Of a stretch of 39,267 bases of DNA, positions 8,868 to 17,560 are shown in pieces. The stretch is from a virus. Taxonomy: Duplodnaviria > Caudoviricetes. Both the position numbers and the translations under genes were made by a program. Within the stretch, counting starts at the first letter, position 1. Every line of letters begins with the position of its first letter. Location: the IMG/VR virus record IMGVR_UViG_3300025396_000033, positions 1-39,267 of that record; one strand, given 5' to 3'. The notes below the pieces were generated by a model. That model did no database searches. It worked only from the letters and a program-made list of their open reading frames with translations, and was not told the DNA's origin.

Positions 8868-9551
8868 ATGACTATTTATTATCTTTGTATCAAGACCCAT
8901 AACATTACTGGTTTACGATACCTCTGTCAGACAACAAAGAAAGATCCAATCAAATATTTTGGTTCAGGAAAAGAATGGACTGAACATCTGAATAAGTTTG
9001 GACATGATATTAGGACCGACATATTACTCCAAACATCTAACAAAGAAGAATTGGTTTCCGCGGGTAGATATTACTCTAGACTTTGGAACATAACTACAGC
9101 AATGGATGATTTTGGAAACAAGATATACGCAAATCTTATCCCTGAAACATGCGGTGGTGGATTTTGCTATATTGACCCAAAGATAAACAAAGATATTATT
9201 CAAAAGAAAAGCAACACGGTTCGCAAAAACTACGGTGTAGATTGGCCTATGCAAGATAAGTCTATTATGGACAAAAGTAGAAAAACAATGTTTCAAAAAT
9301 ACGGCGTTGAGCATGTCTCGCAAAACAAAGAATCTATGGATAGAATCCGAAACACCAATAGAGAAAAAGGAAACAGGAATCTAGTTAGAGAGTTAAAGAA
9401 CATCAGAAACAATTTAGGAAGAGTTAAGATAACCAAACTGGGTCTAAATCTAAACCCAGGATGGTATCAACTACCTGATGGTAAACTATCTGAAATGCTA
9501 GAACATCATTTACTTGTCATCGCGGAAAGTCTTAAATCTAGGAAAGCGTAG
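8868..9551 (+). CDS. Free-standing GIY-YIG-like (Seg-type) homing endonuclease
   Basis: TIYYLCIKTHNITGLRYLCQT...YFGSG...ANL N-terminal nuclease pattern; repeated (K/N)YGV(D/E) motifs; AAGGAG RBS before ATG 8868 (more likely start than 8802); only convincing plus-strand gene. Confidence 0.75.
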   Translation: MTIYYLCIKTHNITGLRYLCQTTKKDPIKYFGSGKEWTEHLNKFGHDIRTDILLQTSNKEELVSAGRYYSRLWNITTAMDDFGNKIYANLIPETCGGGFCYIDPKINKDIIQKKSNTVRKNYGVDWPMQDKSIMDKSRKTMFQKYGVEHVSQNKESMDRIRNTNREKGNRNLVRELKNIRNNLGRVKITKLGLNLNPGWYQLPDGKLSEMLEHHLLVIAESLKSRKA

Positions 9552-10853
9552 ACTATAACTACCATCCTGATTTTGAGTAATAGCGTCAGCCATCACCACC
9601 GCAGTCTGACCAATAACACTTTCCTTGTAATCCCAGTATGATTGTCGTTCTACATCCGTATAACCACTACCAACATTGACTGTGATATGCTTACCATCAT
9701 CAATGCCCTCGCACACTAAAGCGCCCATGCGACCTTGATTCTTACCGGTACCTTCTTCAACACCGATTACGGTCAGGTCATAGTCATAAACAGGCTTAAA
9801 TTTCATCCAGAATGTACTACGCTTACATTCGTAAGGTGCATCCATGTCTTTAATCATAATGCCTTCAAAACCTAGATTAACTTGATCCTTAGCATAGCGT
9901 TCTAGTTGATCTTTACCAGCCGCTGTGTCTAAATCAACCATGATATGTGGGAGCAATTCAACATTAGGCATACTGTCAATGACACTTCGCATATCATCTA
10001 AGATTTTGATACGCTTGTCAAGTTGAGCATTCCAATATCCACGGCGAAAATCTTGTAATGGGATAATGTCAAACACATTGTAAACACTATCCTCAGCCTG
10101 TGCGTTTGTTTTACGGCGTGCTTGACGCATAAGTTCTTGGAAGCTATTACCAATCACTTCACCATCCATGACAAAGCCCATGCTTAAATTACTTGTTCCG
10201 GCTTTGCGTACCAATTTGTAAAAGTTGTCACGAACCTGATCTTCAATGTGTGTGAAGTTGTCAAATTGTTTACCATTACGGCTATAGCAAATGGTTGTGA
10301 TTTCACCTGAATTACTATCAGCCGGGATAGCAATCAACAACATACGAACACCATCCAGTTTAGGCTCAAGTCGTTTAATGCCCTTCATTTCAGGACGACC
10401 TTCGCTGTTGGTTGCTAATTGACAACCAAAGATTGGAATTTCATAGTCTGTCTTTTTGCAGATTTTATTGATTGTGGTGCTAGAGACACCACAACGAAGG
10501 TCTCTGCGAATAACAGCGGCACAGAATGTATTCCATTCGTCACTGTCAAATCGTTCACTCATTGCACTGATTGCCTCTAGTGCTTTATTACCAGTCAAGG
10601 CTCGTTGACCTAGTTCATGCAATAGATGATTAAAGTCTTCCCAAGGATTCTCTGCACCAGTGATACCTACTGTATCAGGTACTTTGCGTACACCAAATGT
10701 AACAAAGGGATTGTAACAAATTTTAGCCAATGTCAAAAAGTTGATAGCATTGGTTGAACCAAGAACACACGCCTCAAGTGCTTGTTTGAGTACATCTTCT
10801 TTATGAAGGCGACTATCACTCTCATTTAATTTGTGAATCCATCCTGCTGACAT
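9510..10853 (-). CDS. lig: ATP-dependent DNA ligase
   Basis: Motif I EPKLDG, MDGE, FDII, EGIMIK, WMKFK, OB-fold VGSG...SLRFPRF. Start moved to ATG 10853 because the promoter lies in the 5' extension of the track ORF. Confidence 0.95.
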   Translation of the reverse strand: MSAGWIHKLNESDSRLHKEDVLKQALEACVLGSTNAINFLTLAKICYNPFVTFGVRKVPDTVGITGAENPWEDFNHLLHELGQRALTGNKALEAISAMSERFDSDEWNTFCAAVIRRDLRCGVSSTTINKICKKTDYEIPIFGCQLATNSEGRPEMKGIKRLEPKLDGVRMLLIAIPADSNSGEITTICYSRNGKQFDNFTHIEDQVRDNFYKLVRKAGTSNLSMGFVMDGEVIGNSFQELMRQARRKTNAQAEDSVYNVFDIIPLQDFRRGYWNAQLDKRIKILDDMRSVIDSMPNVELLPHIMVDLDTAAGKDQLERYAKDQVNLGFEGIMIKDMDAPYECKRSTFWMKFKPVYDYDLTVIGVEEGTGKNQGRMGALVCEGIDDGKHITVNVGSGYTDVERQSYWDYKESVIGQTAVVMADAITQNQDGSYSLRFPRFKTFRDDK

Positions 10854-10881
10854 GTTGTTCCTTTGTTCAAAATATGTATCT

Positions 10882-10910
10882 ATTATACAACCGTTATGTA
10901 TTATTGTCAA
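10882..10910 (-). promoter_or_regulatory. Consensus sigma70 promoter for ligase
   Basis: TTGACA-17 nt-TATAAT. Confidence 0.9.
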
Positions 10911-10913
10911 GTA

Positions 10914-11264
10914 CTACTTTTTGAGTACTAACTTTTCGTCACGCAATCGTGCAACCATTTGCATGTTGCGTACATCTTGTTCCTTGCGTTCTCGTTTTTC
11001 TTTGCTGGAAACTTTCAATAGATCATCGTATTGCCGTGCCCACTCAACACCTCGCAACCAAACATTCAATTCTTCAAGTGAACCCAAAAACAATTGAGCA
11101 TCACGACTATAGATAGGAAGTGAATCTGTATCCTTTGGTACAACAGCAATATAATTTAGGTCAGCAGTATTCCAACCATCTTTAGGCTGAGCAAGTTTTA
11201 ACCCAAGTTCATCAAGTTCTTTTTCAATCCTACGCAATCTAACAATTTCGTTGTAACCGGTCAT
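10914..11264 (-). CDS. Hypothetical protein
   Basis: 116 aa ORF with GGAG RBS. Confidence 0.7.
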   Translation of the reverse strand: MTGYNEIVRLRRIEKELDELGLKLAQPKDGWNTADLNYIAVVPKDTDSLPIYSRDAQLFLGSLEELNVWLRGVEWARQYDDLLKVSSKEKRERKEQDVRNMQMVARLRDEKLVLKK

Positions 11265-11475
11265 GTTCTACTCCTTCATAGAAATCCCATTCTTTACCAC
11301 CCAACTTTGCCCACATGTCCCACTTTTCTTGTTCCTCACGGCAACGATTAGGCATACCAATTGATCCTACCACTGCCATGCACAATTCACAACGATAGCC
11401 ATAGCCAGCACCTTCATCAAAGTATGCAGTGCCACCACATGGCAATTTAATTGGGTTATACCATTCCTTAGTCAT
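11239..11475 (-). CDS. Small zinc-ribbon-like protein
   Basis: LPCGG...CELC...C; coupled. Confidence 0.6.
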   Translation of the reverse strand: MTKEWYNPIKLPCGGTAYFDEGAGYGYRCELCMAVVGSIGMPNRCREEQEKWDMWAKLGGKEWDFYEGVEHDRLQRNC

Positions 11476-11729
11476 TGAAACCTCAATAATAACAACATGT
11501 AAAGTTTATCGGACAAATCAAAATATTGGGTAGTAGACCACACTGTAGTAATTTGAATTGCCCCGTTCTTACGCAACCATTTATCTACTTCACTACCACT
11601 AGTGGTAGATACAGTGTGCCATAATTCACCATCAACAACACCTTCATCAACTTTGTGAAAAGGTTTTGTTTTCTTTATGTCCATGGTATGTGGATAAAGA
11701 CTTGAAATATCGTTGTCTGTAATATTCAT
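11472..11729 (-). CDS. Hypothetical protein
   Basis: 85 aa coupled ORF. Confidence 0.6.
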   Translation of the reverse strand: MNITDNDISSLYPHTMDIKKTKPFHKVDEGVVDGELWHTVSTTSGSEVDKWLRKNGAIQITTVWSTTQYFDLSDKLYMLLLLRFQ

Positions 11730-11730
11730 T

Positions 11731-12168
11731 TCACCAACTTGAATGGTATGAAAACTCCCAACCTTTCCACTTGTCAGTAAGTAGATTGGTCAATGTATTT
11801 TTTGTATCTTCAAGGTCTTCAAAATAGTACTTGTCGTAATCGGTTGTACCAAAAAAGAAACCACCTTGAGTTGGCAACAATTCACATGCCCTGCCTCGTT
11901 CCTTAAGAACACATTCAATCAATTCAAGCAACTCGGTTAGTTGTTCTCTGGACACATCGTATGTTCCACAGTCATCTACACTATTTTGTACATTATCAAC
12001 AAACCACTTGTGAATAGCATTTGACTTGCGCCAGTATCCGGCTTCGGCGGTGACTTCTTTAATGCGAACTTCACCTAGTTCAGGAAAATTGTCACTGATA
12101 TTTTTACTCAAGTCATTTTCATTGAACCAAAGAAAACGCTTGGCATCCAAGTACATATCTAAACCCAT
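11731..12168 (-). CDS. Conserved phage protein (MGLDMY...YWRK.NAIH.WF...GFFFG...Y.SSW type)
   Basis: GGAGG RBS before ATG 12168; recognisable phage family of unknown function. Confidence 0.7.
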   Translation of the reverse strand: MGLDMYLDAKRFLWFNENDLSKNISDNFPELGEVRIKEVTAEAGYWRKSNAIHKWFVDNVQNSVDDCGTYDVSREQLTELLELIECVLKERGRACELLPTQGGFFFGTTDYDKYYFEDLEDTKNTLTNLLTDKWKGWEFSYHSSW

Positions 12169-12197
12169 TTTATCCTCCAGTTGTTGTCGTTTGAATT

Positions 12198-12347
12198 TCA
12201 TTTACAAAGTTTGAGAATGTCGTCAGTTGAATAACCTGCATGGATTGCCTCTGTCCGGCATTGTCCTTTAGCATATTCACTTACGCATACTGGAGCAAAC
12301 ATACCACCAATCAAGCCCACAAGGCAGATGCAAATCCATTTATCCAT
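12198..12347 (-). CDS. Small membrane or secreted protein (49 aa)
   Basis: Manual ORF MDKWICICLVGLIGGMFAP...ILKLCK, GGAG RBS. Confidence 0.55.
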   Translation of the reverse strand: MDKWICICLVGLIGGMFAPVCVSEYAKGQCRTEAIHAGYSTDDILKLCK

Positions 12348-12475
12348 TATTTTGCTCCTTCAACTGCGATAGCCTTTGTTTTCTCTACGCCGTTATCAAG
12401 CATTTTAGCAATGCCCGAGAAGCCCACAGTAGAGACAATGATGCCAAAAATTGTTCCAAGAATAAAAGTTTTCAT
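12347..12475 (-). CDS. Small membrane protein (42 aa)
   Basis: Manual ORF MKTFILGTIFGIIVSTVGFSGIAKMLD..., AAGGAG RBS. Confidence 0.6.
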   Translation of the reverse strand: MKTFILGTIFGIIVSTVGFSGIAKMLDNGVEKTKAIAVEGAK

Positions 12476-12484
12476 GTTAACTCC

Positions 12485-12790
12485 TTAAACGATTTGTGCG
12501 AGAATACGATTGTACACATCTTTTTTGCTCATGTAATATTCATAGTCACGCTCACCTTCATGGAAGTTGCGCCACTGATTTTGACCAGCATAGGACAAAA
12601 TGTCACGCTTCAATGATTCACCTGTATAGCTTGCAATGAAACCATACAAGTCATAATGAGCAATGAAGCCCGAGCATTGGTAAATGAAGTTGTACCCAGT
12701 TTTGTTGAGGTTGTCAATACTACGGCATGCTTTGACAATGTTAGAAACAATCAAAGACTTTTGGCGTTCTGTCAGTGGTGTGAGAGACAT
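12485..12790 (-). CDS. Hypothetical protein
   Basis: Start MSLTPLTERQ at 12790 with AAGGA RBS; avoids overlap with the upstream gene. Confidence 0.65.
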   Translation of the reverse strand: MSLTPLTERQKSLIVSNIVKACRSIDNLNKTGYNFIYQCSGFIAHYDLYGFIASYTGESLKRDILSYAGQNQWRNFHEGERDYEYYMSKKDVYNRILAQIV

Positions 12791-12803
12791 TTTCAATTCC
12801 TTA

Positions 12804-13010
12804 TTAAGCAATGAAGTCATAGATATAGCCGTAAGAGCCATCTTTGGAAACTTGAACTTTGTTTTTGTAGTCTTTTGCAAGTTTGTGAAAAATTTTGCGG
12901 GCTTGATTTTCGTCACAAATCACACTCAGTGAACCACAAAAGAAACTAGCAGAATTTTCGTCTTTAAGAACTGTAGCAACTTTAGCGAGAACTTCTTTTT
13001 CAAACGACAT
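12804..13010 (-). CDS. Small early protein
   Basis: AAGGAG RBS directly behind a consensus promoter. Confidence 0.7.
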   Translation of the reverse strand: MSFEKEVLAKVATVLKDENSASFFCGSLSVICDENQARKIFHKLAKDYKNKVQVSKDGSYGYIYDFIA

Positions 13011-13043
13011 TTCAGACTCCTTGTTTCAACTGATTAAGACTCT

Positions 13044-13072
13044 ATTATATGCCCAAAATGATTTATTGTCAA
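13044..13072 (-). promoter_or_regulatory. Consensus sigma70 early promoter
   Basis: TTGACA-17 nt-TATAAT. Confidence 0.9.
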
Positions 13073-13263
13073 GCCTCTTGTTTGGCTTTGCTCAATTCAT
13101 AATCAACTGTTGCTTGGAGGAATTGTGTGAATGAAATAGTACTAATTCCGTTTGCCCGCAACTCACACTCAATCTCGCAATAATTCATATAAGTGTCCAT
13201 GCGTTCTTTGTCAGACACAATACCCAAGGTGTTCATCAAAGTTGTTTGTTTGACTGTAAACAT
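13069..13263 (-). CDS. Small early protein (64 aa)
   Basis: Start MFTVKQTT at 13263 with AAGGA RBS, downstream of promoter. Confidence 0.65.
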   Translation of the reverse strand: MFTVKQTTLMNTLGIVSDKERMDTYMNYCEIECELRANGISTISFTQFLQATVDYELSKAKQEA

Positions 13264-13290
13264 GTTTTTCCTTTTCGTTTCAATACATGT

Positions 13291-13319
13291 ATTGTACAAC
13301 CAAAATGATTTATTGTCAA
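13291..13319 (-). promoter_or_regulatory. sigma70 early promoter
   Basis: TTGACA-17 nt-TACAAT; 20 nt identical to the promoter at 13053-13072. Confidence 0.85.
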
Positions 13320-13326
13320 CAAATGG

Positions 13327-13345
13327 AAAACCCCGCAAGCGGGGG
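13327..13345 (-). terminator. Intrinsic terminator
   Basis: CCCCGC-TT-GCGGGG stem followed by TTTT on minus strand, between the 13377 gene and the next promoter. Confidence 0.6.
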
Positions 13346-13376
13346 TGTTGTAAAAATGTAACAGTATTACTAAGTA

Positions 13377-13649
13377 TTACTTTTTATTACTCTGATTCAC
13401 AAAGCCATACATCTTTTCTGCGGTTTCTATTATCTTGTCCATACCTGGAAACTCTGGCATAGCAACTGTACTAATAACTTGACCATCAACTTTTTTAGCA
13501 GTCATTTCCCATCCTGCGAACTTAACTTGATAATCTTGCATCACAATGTCTTTAGCCATTGCTAGTACATCGGCACGAATCTCGTAACCATTTTTGTTGA
13601 ATTTAACTTCTGGAAGTTTTGGTGTAAATGAATTTTCTTTATCTGACAT
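13377..13649 (-). CDS. Conserved phage protein (KNGYEIR...A..MY.FV type)
   Basis: AAGGAG RBS; 90 aa. Confidence 0.7.
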   Translation of the reverse strand: MSDKENSFTPKLPEVKFNKNGYEIRADVLAMAKDIVMQDYQVKFAGWEMTAKKVDGQVISTVAMPEFPGMDKIIETAEKMYGFVNQSNKK

Positions 13650-13703
13650 TTTATGTCTCCTTGTGTATGTGTTTATTTTATGATTGTTACATTATTGTTT
13701 CAA

Positions 13704-14273
13704 TCATTTTGGTAGTATTGCACTACCCCATAAGTTTGTTAAACGCTTGCGTAGTCTACCAAATTCATGCATGATTTCACTTTGCTCTTTCCAGAGTTGT
13801 GAATTAGTTTCAAAGAATGTTGGTTCAGGAACTTCAATAGCAGCAGTACGCTCACCGTATCCACGCTCTTTTGTTCTTAACTCGTTCTTTGATGCTAGAT
13901 GTTGAATAACCTTGTTATCTTCAATGCAGTGCATGAATACTTCAGGAATCTTGTGAAACTTAGCCCATGTCATCATTTCAACAATAAGTTTGTTACCAAT
14001 ACCTTGTCGTTGATAATCATATTCTACTGATACAGCAAGTTCCCAAGACCCATCATTATTCTTTGCCATGTGTCCCCAACCAACAATCTTATCATCTACT
14101 TTATGATACCACAATTCATGGTCTAATGGATGATAGACCATTTGTAGTACCAATTGGTCAATGACAGTATCATTGACGATGTGACCAAAGCGACTTACTT
14201 TATCCTCTTGTGTGAGATTTTTTAAGTGAGCCGCGTAATCTTTTAGACGATAGATGTTGGTATGGTTGGTCAT
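13704..14273 (-). CDS. GNAT acetyltransferase
   Basis: ELAVSV...YQRQGIG (acetyl-CoA motif A), N..I..LA. Confidence 0.85.
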   Translation of the reverse strand: MTNHTNIYRLKDYAAHLKNLTQEDKVSRFGHIVNDTVIDQLVLQMVYHPLDHELWYHKVDDKIVGWGHMAKNNDGSWELAVSVEYDYQRQGIGNKLIVEMMTWAKFHKIPEVFMHCIEDNKVIQHLASKNELRTKERGYGERTAAIEVPEPTFFETNSQLWKEQSEIMHEFGRLRKRLTNLWGSAILPK

Positions 14274-14353
14274 GATCCACGAATGATTTGTTTTGCCTTA
14301 GCCATACGAGCGGCAATGATTGCCTCTAATAATGCTTTAAAAAACTTTTTCAT
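14270..14353 (-). CDS. Small basic peptide (27 aa)
   Basis: Manual ORF MKKFFKALLEAIIAARMAKAKQIIRGS, ATGA-coupled at both ends, GAGG RBS. Confidence 0.5.
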   Translation of the reverse strand: MKKFFKALLEAIIAARMAKAKQIIRGS

Positions 14354-14535
14354 TGGAAACCTCTTGAAGTTTTCAAGTCATATTCAACAGTTAATCGTTC
14401 TACATCACTTGTAGTTTGTGGGTTATTATCAAGGATATATTGTTCCAAGCTAGACCCATAAGTCTTCTCCTTAAAGAAGCCAACAATCAACCCCGCAGTA
14501 AATACCAAAGCCATAATGACTAGAACGATAAACAT
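14350..14535 (-). CDS. Small membrane-anchored protein
   Basis: N-terminal TM; LEQYILDNNPQTTSDVE.L..EY. Confidence 0.6.
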   Translation of the reverse strand: MFIVLVIMALVFTAGLIVGFFKEKTYGSSLEQYILDNNPQTTSDVERLTVEYDLKTSRGFQ

Positions 14536-14537
14536 GA

Positions 14538-14813
14538 TTATTTACCTTTCTTGGCTACTGGAGCAGTAGAAGGGAAGAAGTTTTGAAAAAACTTTTGTGC
14601 TTCTACATAAGGTGTGCGGTCTGTCAAAACACCTACAAAATCAGTAGCGGTTTTGATACCAGCGTCAATGGCTTTCTTTGTATACTCACTTTGAGCATCT
14701 ACAAATTCATTGCTGATTTTTTTGATTTCTTGTGTTGGAGCGAAAGTATCAACGAATTGTTTCTTTGCTGTTTGAATGGCGTCAACGCCGGAATGTGCGA
14801 ATGTACTAAACAT
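14538..14813 (-). CDS. Phasin-like helical protein
   Basis: Amphipathic VDAIQTAKKQFV...FVDAQSEYTK pattern; AGGAG RBS. The phasin assignment is an inference. Confidence 0.5.
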   Translation of the reverse strand: MFSTFAHSGVDAIQTAKKQFVDTFAPTQEIKKISNEFVDAQSEYTKKAIDAGIKTATDFVGVLTDRTPYVEAQKFFQNFFPSTAPVAKKGK

Positions 14814-14939
14814 TATTTTCTCCTGTGTATGTGTTTAAGTGTATCAGTTTTTGCAGAACTGTAACTGCACAAGTATTTAGTACCTGTGAGACTGTATTAT
14901 ACAATACTTTTTAGTAAAAGTGTAGAGTTTGTTCTCTAA

Positions 14940-15113
14940 TCACTTTTTCTTTGGTTCAGCCTTTTTAGGTGCTTCTGGTTTCTTATCTTTGCTATGATCT
15001 TTTTTCTTAGCAAGCAACATCTTGCCTTCTTTAACTGGACCATTAGTACCTTCTTCTGCCATTGCACACAATGCGAACATTGATGCCAAAATGATTGTTA
15101 GAACTTGTTTCAT
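14940..15113 (-). CDS. Small secreted Lys-rich protein (57 aa)
   Basis: Manual ORF MKQVLTIILASMFALCAMA-EEG...KKAEPKKK; Sec signal (AMA); AAGGAG RBS. Confidence 0.65.
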   Translation of the reverse strand: MKQVLTIILASMFALCAMAEEGTNGPVKEGKMLLAKKKDHSKDKKPEAPKKAEPKKK

Positions 15114-15171
15114 AGGGTTTACTCCTTAATGTTATATAACGCCTTACTAGTCTATTTAGTTGACAATTATA

Positions 15172-15342
15172 TCAACCACCGCGCCCTGTTTTACGCATAA
15201 CACTTGAACCAAAACCTTTTGTTGGTTTAGGACCCTGAGATTTTGGAGCTTTACCTAATCCAGGATGTTGATTTTGATTTTTGTTTTTGGCTTCGTTAGC
15301 CATGTTAATGAATGGGTTTTTGCTTTTCTTTTGTTCGGTCAT
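15172..15342 (-). CDS. Small basic disordered protein (56 aa)
   Basis: Manual ORF MTEQKKSKNPF...MRKTGRGG, ATGA-coupled. Confidence 0.55.
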   Translation of the reverse strand: MTEQKKSKNPFINMANEAKNKNQNQHPGLGKAPKSQGPKPTKGFGSSVMRKTGRGG

Positions 15343-15734
15343 TTTGTTCTCACTGATTGTAAATAACTTTTTAAGTCACCGTATAAGTTTAGCATCATGC
15401 TAATACGATCATCATACAGACGGATATAAGGCTTGTTCCCTACATCATTCTTATTTACGCCTATATAGTATGGACATTTGATTTTCTTGTCAAGGTCCAT
15501 GATGAATTTATAATGACTGTATTCTTTTAAATCTTTGATATCTATAGGATGATCGTGGAATTCTAATGTGGCTAGACGGAAGTTAAGATCACCTATTTGA
15601 GTTAATCTTAAACCCCCGTCACGTCTGGGATTTTGCCACCATTGTTTGTATGCCTGATCCATAGACAAAGAAGAATCACCAAGCTGTTCATATACAGTTT
15701 GTGTAATTTGTTCTTTGTATGTTGGCTTAGTCAT
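15339..15734 (-). CDS. Conserved phage protein
   Basis: WWQNPR..GGLRLT..G...PYY; coupled. Confidence 0.7.
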   Translation of the reverse strand: MTKPTYKEQITQTVYEQLGDSSLSMDQAYKQWWQNPRRDGGLRLTQIGDLNFRLATLEFHDHPIDIKDLKEYSHYKFIMDLDKKIKCPYYIGVNKNDVGNKPYIRLYDDRISMMLNLYGDLKSYLQSVRTK

Positions 15735-16023
15735 CAGGATAAACTTTTGTGCCGTTGTTCATAAACACCACAGTAAATTTATCACTTTTAAATTGCTTGT
15801 TCAGTTTACGACACAGGTTACGAGCGTGACCTGGATTACTAAAACTTGTTTTCTTATATTTAGGCACAGCTTCACTATCCAGGTAGTGTTGGCTCTTTAG
15901 ATTTATAGGTTGTCCGTCAAAGAACACAGCCCATATGCCACTTGCTTCTACAATCTGGTCGCACTTATAAGTTGTTTTGTCTACTATCTCAAGTAGAACT
16001 TTTGGTTGTGTTCTGCTCATCAA
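15727..16023 (-). CDS. Conserved phage protein
   Basis: PKYKKTSFSNPGHA.NL..KLN motif. Confidence 0.7.
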   Translation of the reverse strand: MMSRTQPKVLLEIVDKTTYKCDQIVEASGIWAVFFDGQPINLKSQHYLDSEAVPKYKKTSFSNPGHARNLCRKLNKQFKSDKFTVVFMNNGTKVYPDD

Positions 16024-16209
16024 TTACCACTTGTTTCCTCGCACGACTACTTCTATAACCTCTTCTTTGTTACTAGATTTTTTGTCTAATAGCATGGTCA
16101 TGATTTCATCACGCAATAGTTTGGCATCATTCAAAGTCATAGAAACATCTTTACTGCTTCTAGCTTCTGCCAAAGAGATGCGATCCATAAACTTTTTAAT
16201 TTGGTTCAT
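16024..16209 (-). CDS. Hypothetical protein
   Basis: 61 aa coupled ORF. Confidence 0.6.
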   Translation of the reverse strand: MNQIKKFMDRISLAEARSSKDVSMTLNDAKLLRDEIMTMLLDKKSSNKEEVIEVVVRGNKW

Positions 16210-16673
16210 ACGTTATTTATGCTACTATTTACCTCGTCTTTTGTTTTGAAGGGGCCAATGTATTCATAACGTTGAATAAAAATATACTTTGGACAAAAGA
16301 TTGGTTGGAATTCTTCACCTTGCTTAACTGCAAACCAACCGGCAACATGATAGCATTTACTTTTGGCAGTTTTAGTAAAGATGTGTAGTTTACGTTGCAC
16401 ATCATAGAAACTGTTATAGATGCGATTGCCTTCAGTCGGGAATACTGCAAAAGGTGCCTGAACATCAGTTTTTGCTTTTTTGGCAATCTTTTCAAATTCA
16501 ATATTGATTTTCTTTTCAATCTGTTTAGTAGATGCATAATGTTCAATATTGTTGCCAATCTTAACATCAAAACCACTACCATCACTAAGTACGTTACCGA
16601 TCTTTTTCTCTCCATCAGTAATGACCCAGTATTCTCCGTTTATAATTGGTTTAGCTTTTAAGTTCATTATCAT
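16206..16673 (-). CDS. Conserved phage protein
   Basis: SKCY.AGW...FCPK...RY.Y.GPFKT. Confidence 0.7.
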   Translation of the reverse strand: MIMNLKAKPIINGEYWVITDGEKKIGNVLSDGSGFDVKIGNNIEHYASTKQIEKKINIEFEKIAKKAKTDVQAPFAVFPTEGNRIYNSFYDVQRKLHIFTKTAKSKCYHVAGWFAVKQGEEFQPIFCPKYIFIQRYEYIGPFKTKDEVNSSINNV

Positions 16674-17133
16674 CCTTTGTTAATGCTGCTACAAACATAA
16701 AATATTCGTAGGCTTTTTGTACTGCAGGAACATTTAATAGTTTCTCTGCTTCTTGCTCTAGTGCTTTAGCCGCACGTTGTGCAGCTTCTCTGGCACTAGG
16801 CCATTCTAATTGTTTAGCATCATCTCCAAACACTTCAACTAAGTGTTCCCATGCTAATCTTTGTTCATCTGTTATTGGTGTTGTATTGCCGCGTTGTTGC
16901 CTACGAATCTCTGTAGCATCCATGATAGCTTTACTAATTACATCCTCTGCGACTCTGCTTGCCGCAATTAATGCTACATAGTTAGGCTCAATATTATAAC
17001 GTGTTGATTGCCCACCCGGGTGTACTATAACTAAATGACTTCCTTTAGGCATACTAGCCGTTAGTTCGCTGTCCCACTCACTAACGGCTTCATACTTACG
17101 ACCAACTTTTTTGTAGAATACTTCTTTGGTCAT
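16651..17133 (-). CDS. Hypothetical protein
   Basis: Likely start MTKEVFYKKVGRKY, ATGA-coupled at 17133. Confidence 0.65.
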   Translation of the reverse strand: MTKEVFYKKVGRKYEAVSEWDSELTASMPKGSHLVIVHPGGQSTRYNIEPNYVALIAASRVAEDVISKAIMDATEIRRQQRGNTTPITDEQRLAWEHLVEVFGDDAKQLEWPSAREAAQRAAKALEQEAEKLLNVPAVQKAYEYFMFVAALTKDDNELKS

Positions 17134-17336
17134 GCTGATAGCTTCTCCCAAAATAATTCTTTTTCAGGCACATACGCAACTGCTTGTAGTTCACCGTTAC
17201 TTACAGCATTTAAAATCATACTCTTTAAATAATCAGGACATGATTCTGAAATTTCAATACAGGCACGAGGTACCAACTTGATACCATCTACCATATAAAA
17301 ATCTCTATCACCATGTACAATTTTTACTGTACTCAT
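17130..17336 (-). CDS. Hypothetical protein
   Basis: 68 aa coupled ORF. Confidence 0.6.
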   Translation of the reverse strand: MSTVKIVHGDRDFYMVDGIKLVPRACIEISESCPDYLKSMILNAVSNGELQAVAYVPEKELFWEKLSA

Positions 17337-17560
17337 TTCTTCAACTCATTCCAAACTATTTGTTTAGCCCGAAGGTCTAATTCTGCTTGTTCTTTTTTGT
17401 ACATTTGCGGTGCCATGATTTCTATCCACTGTAACACCGCTTCCTTACCTTCATCAGTTAAATGACAATATTCTGCACCAACTCTGCTATGATAATACAT
17501 TGTATTATCTTTTACAATCTCAAAAAGACCCGAATATAATTGATTAGGTAGTTTCTTCAT
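17333..17560 (-). CDS. Hypothetical protein
   Basis: Likely start MKKLPNQ at 17560, overlapping the RNase H end. Confidence 0.55.
   Translation of the reverse strand: MKKLPNQLYSGLFEIVKDNTMYYHSRVGAEYCHLTDEGKEAVLQWIEIMAPQMYKKEQAELDLRAKQIVWNELKK

Noticed and set aside
15160-15190. Plus-strand TTGACA near 15160 as a promoter
   Set aside because: No -10 hexamer at suitable spacing and no plus-strand gene downstream.
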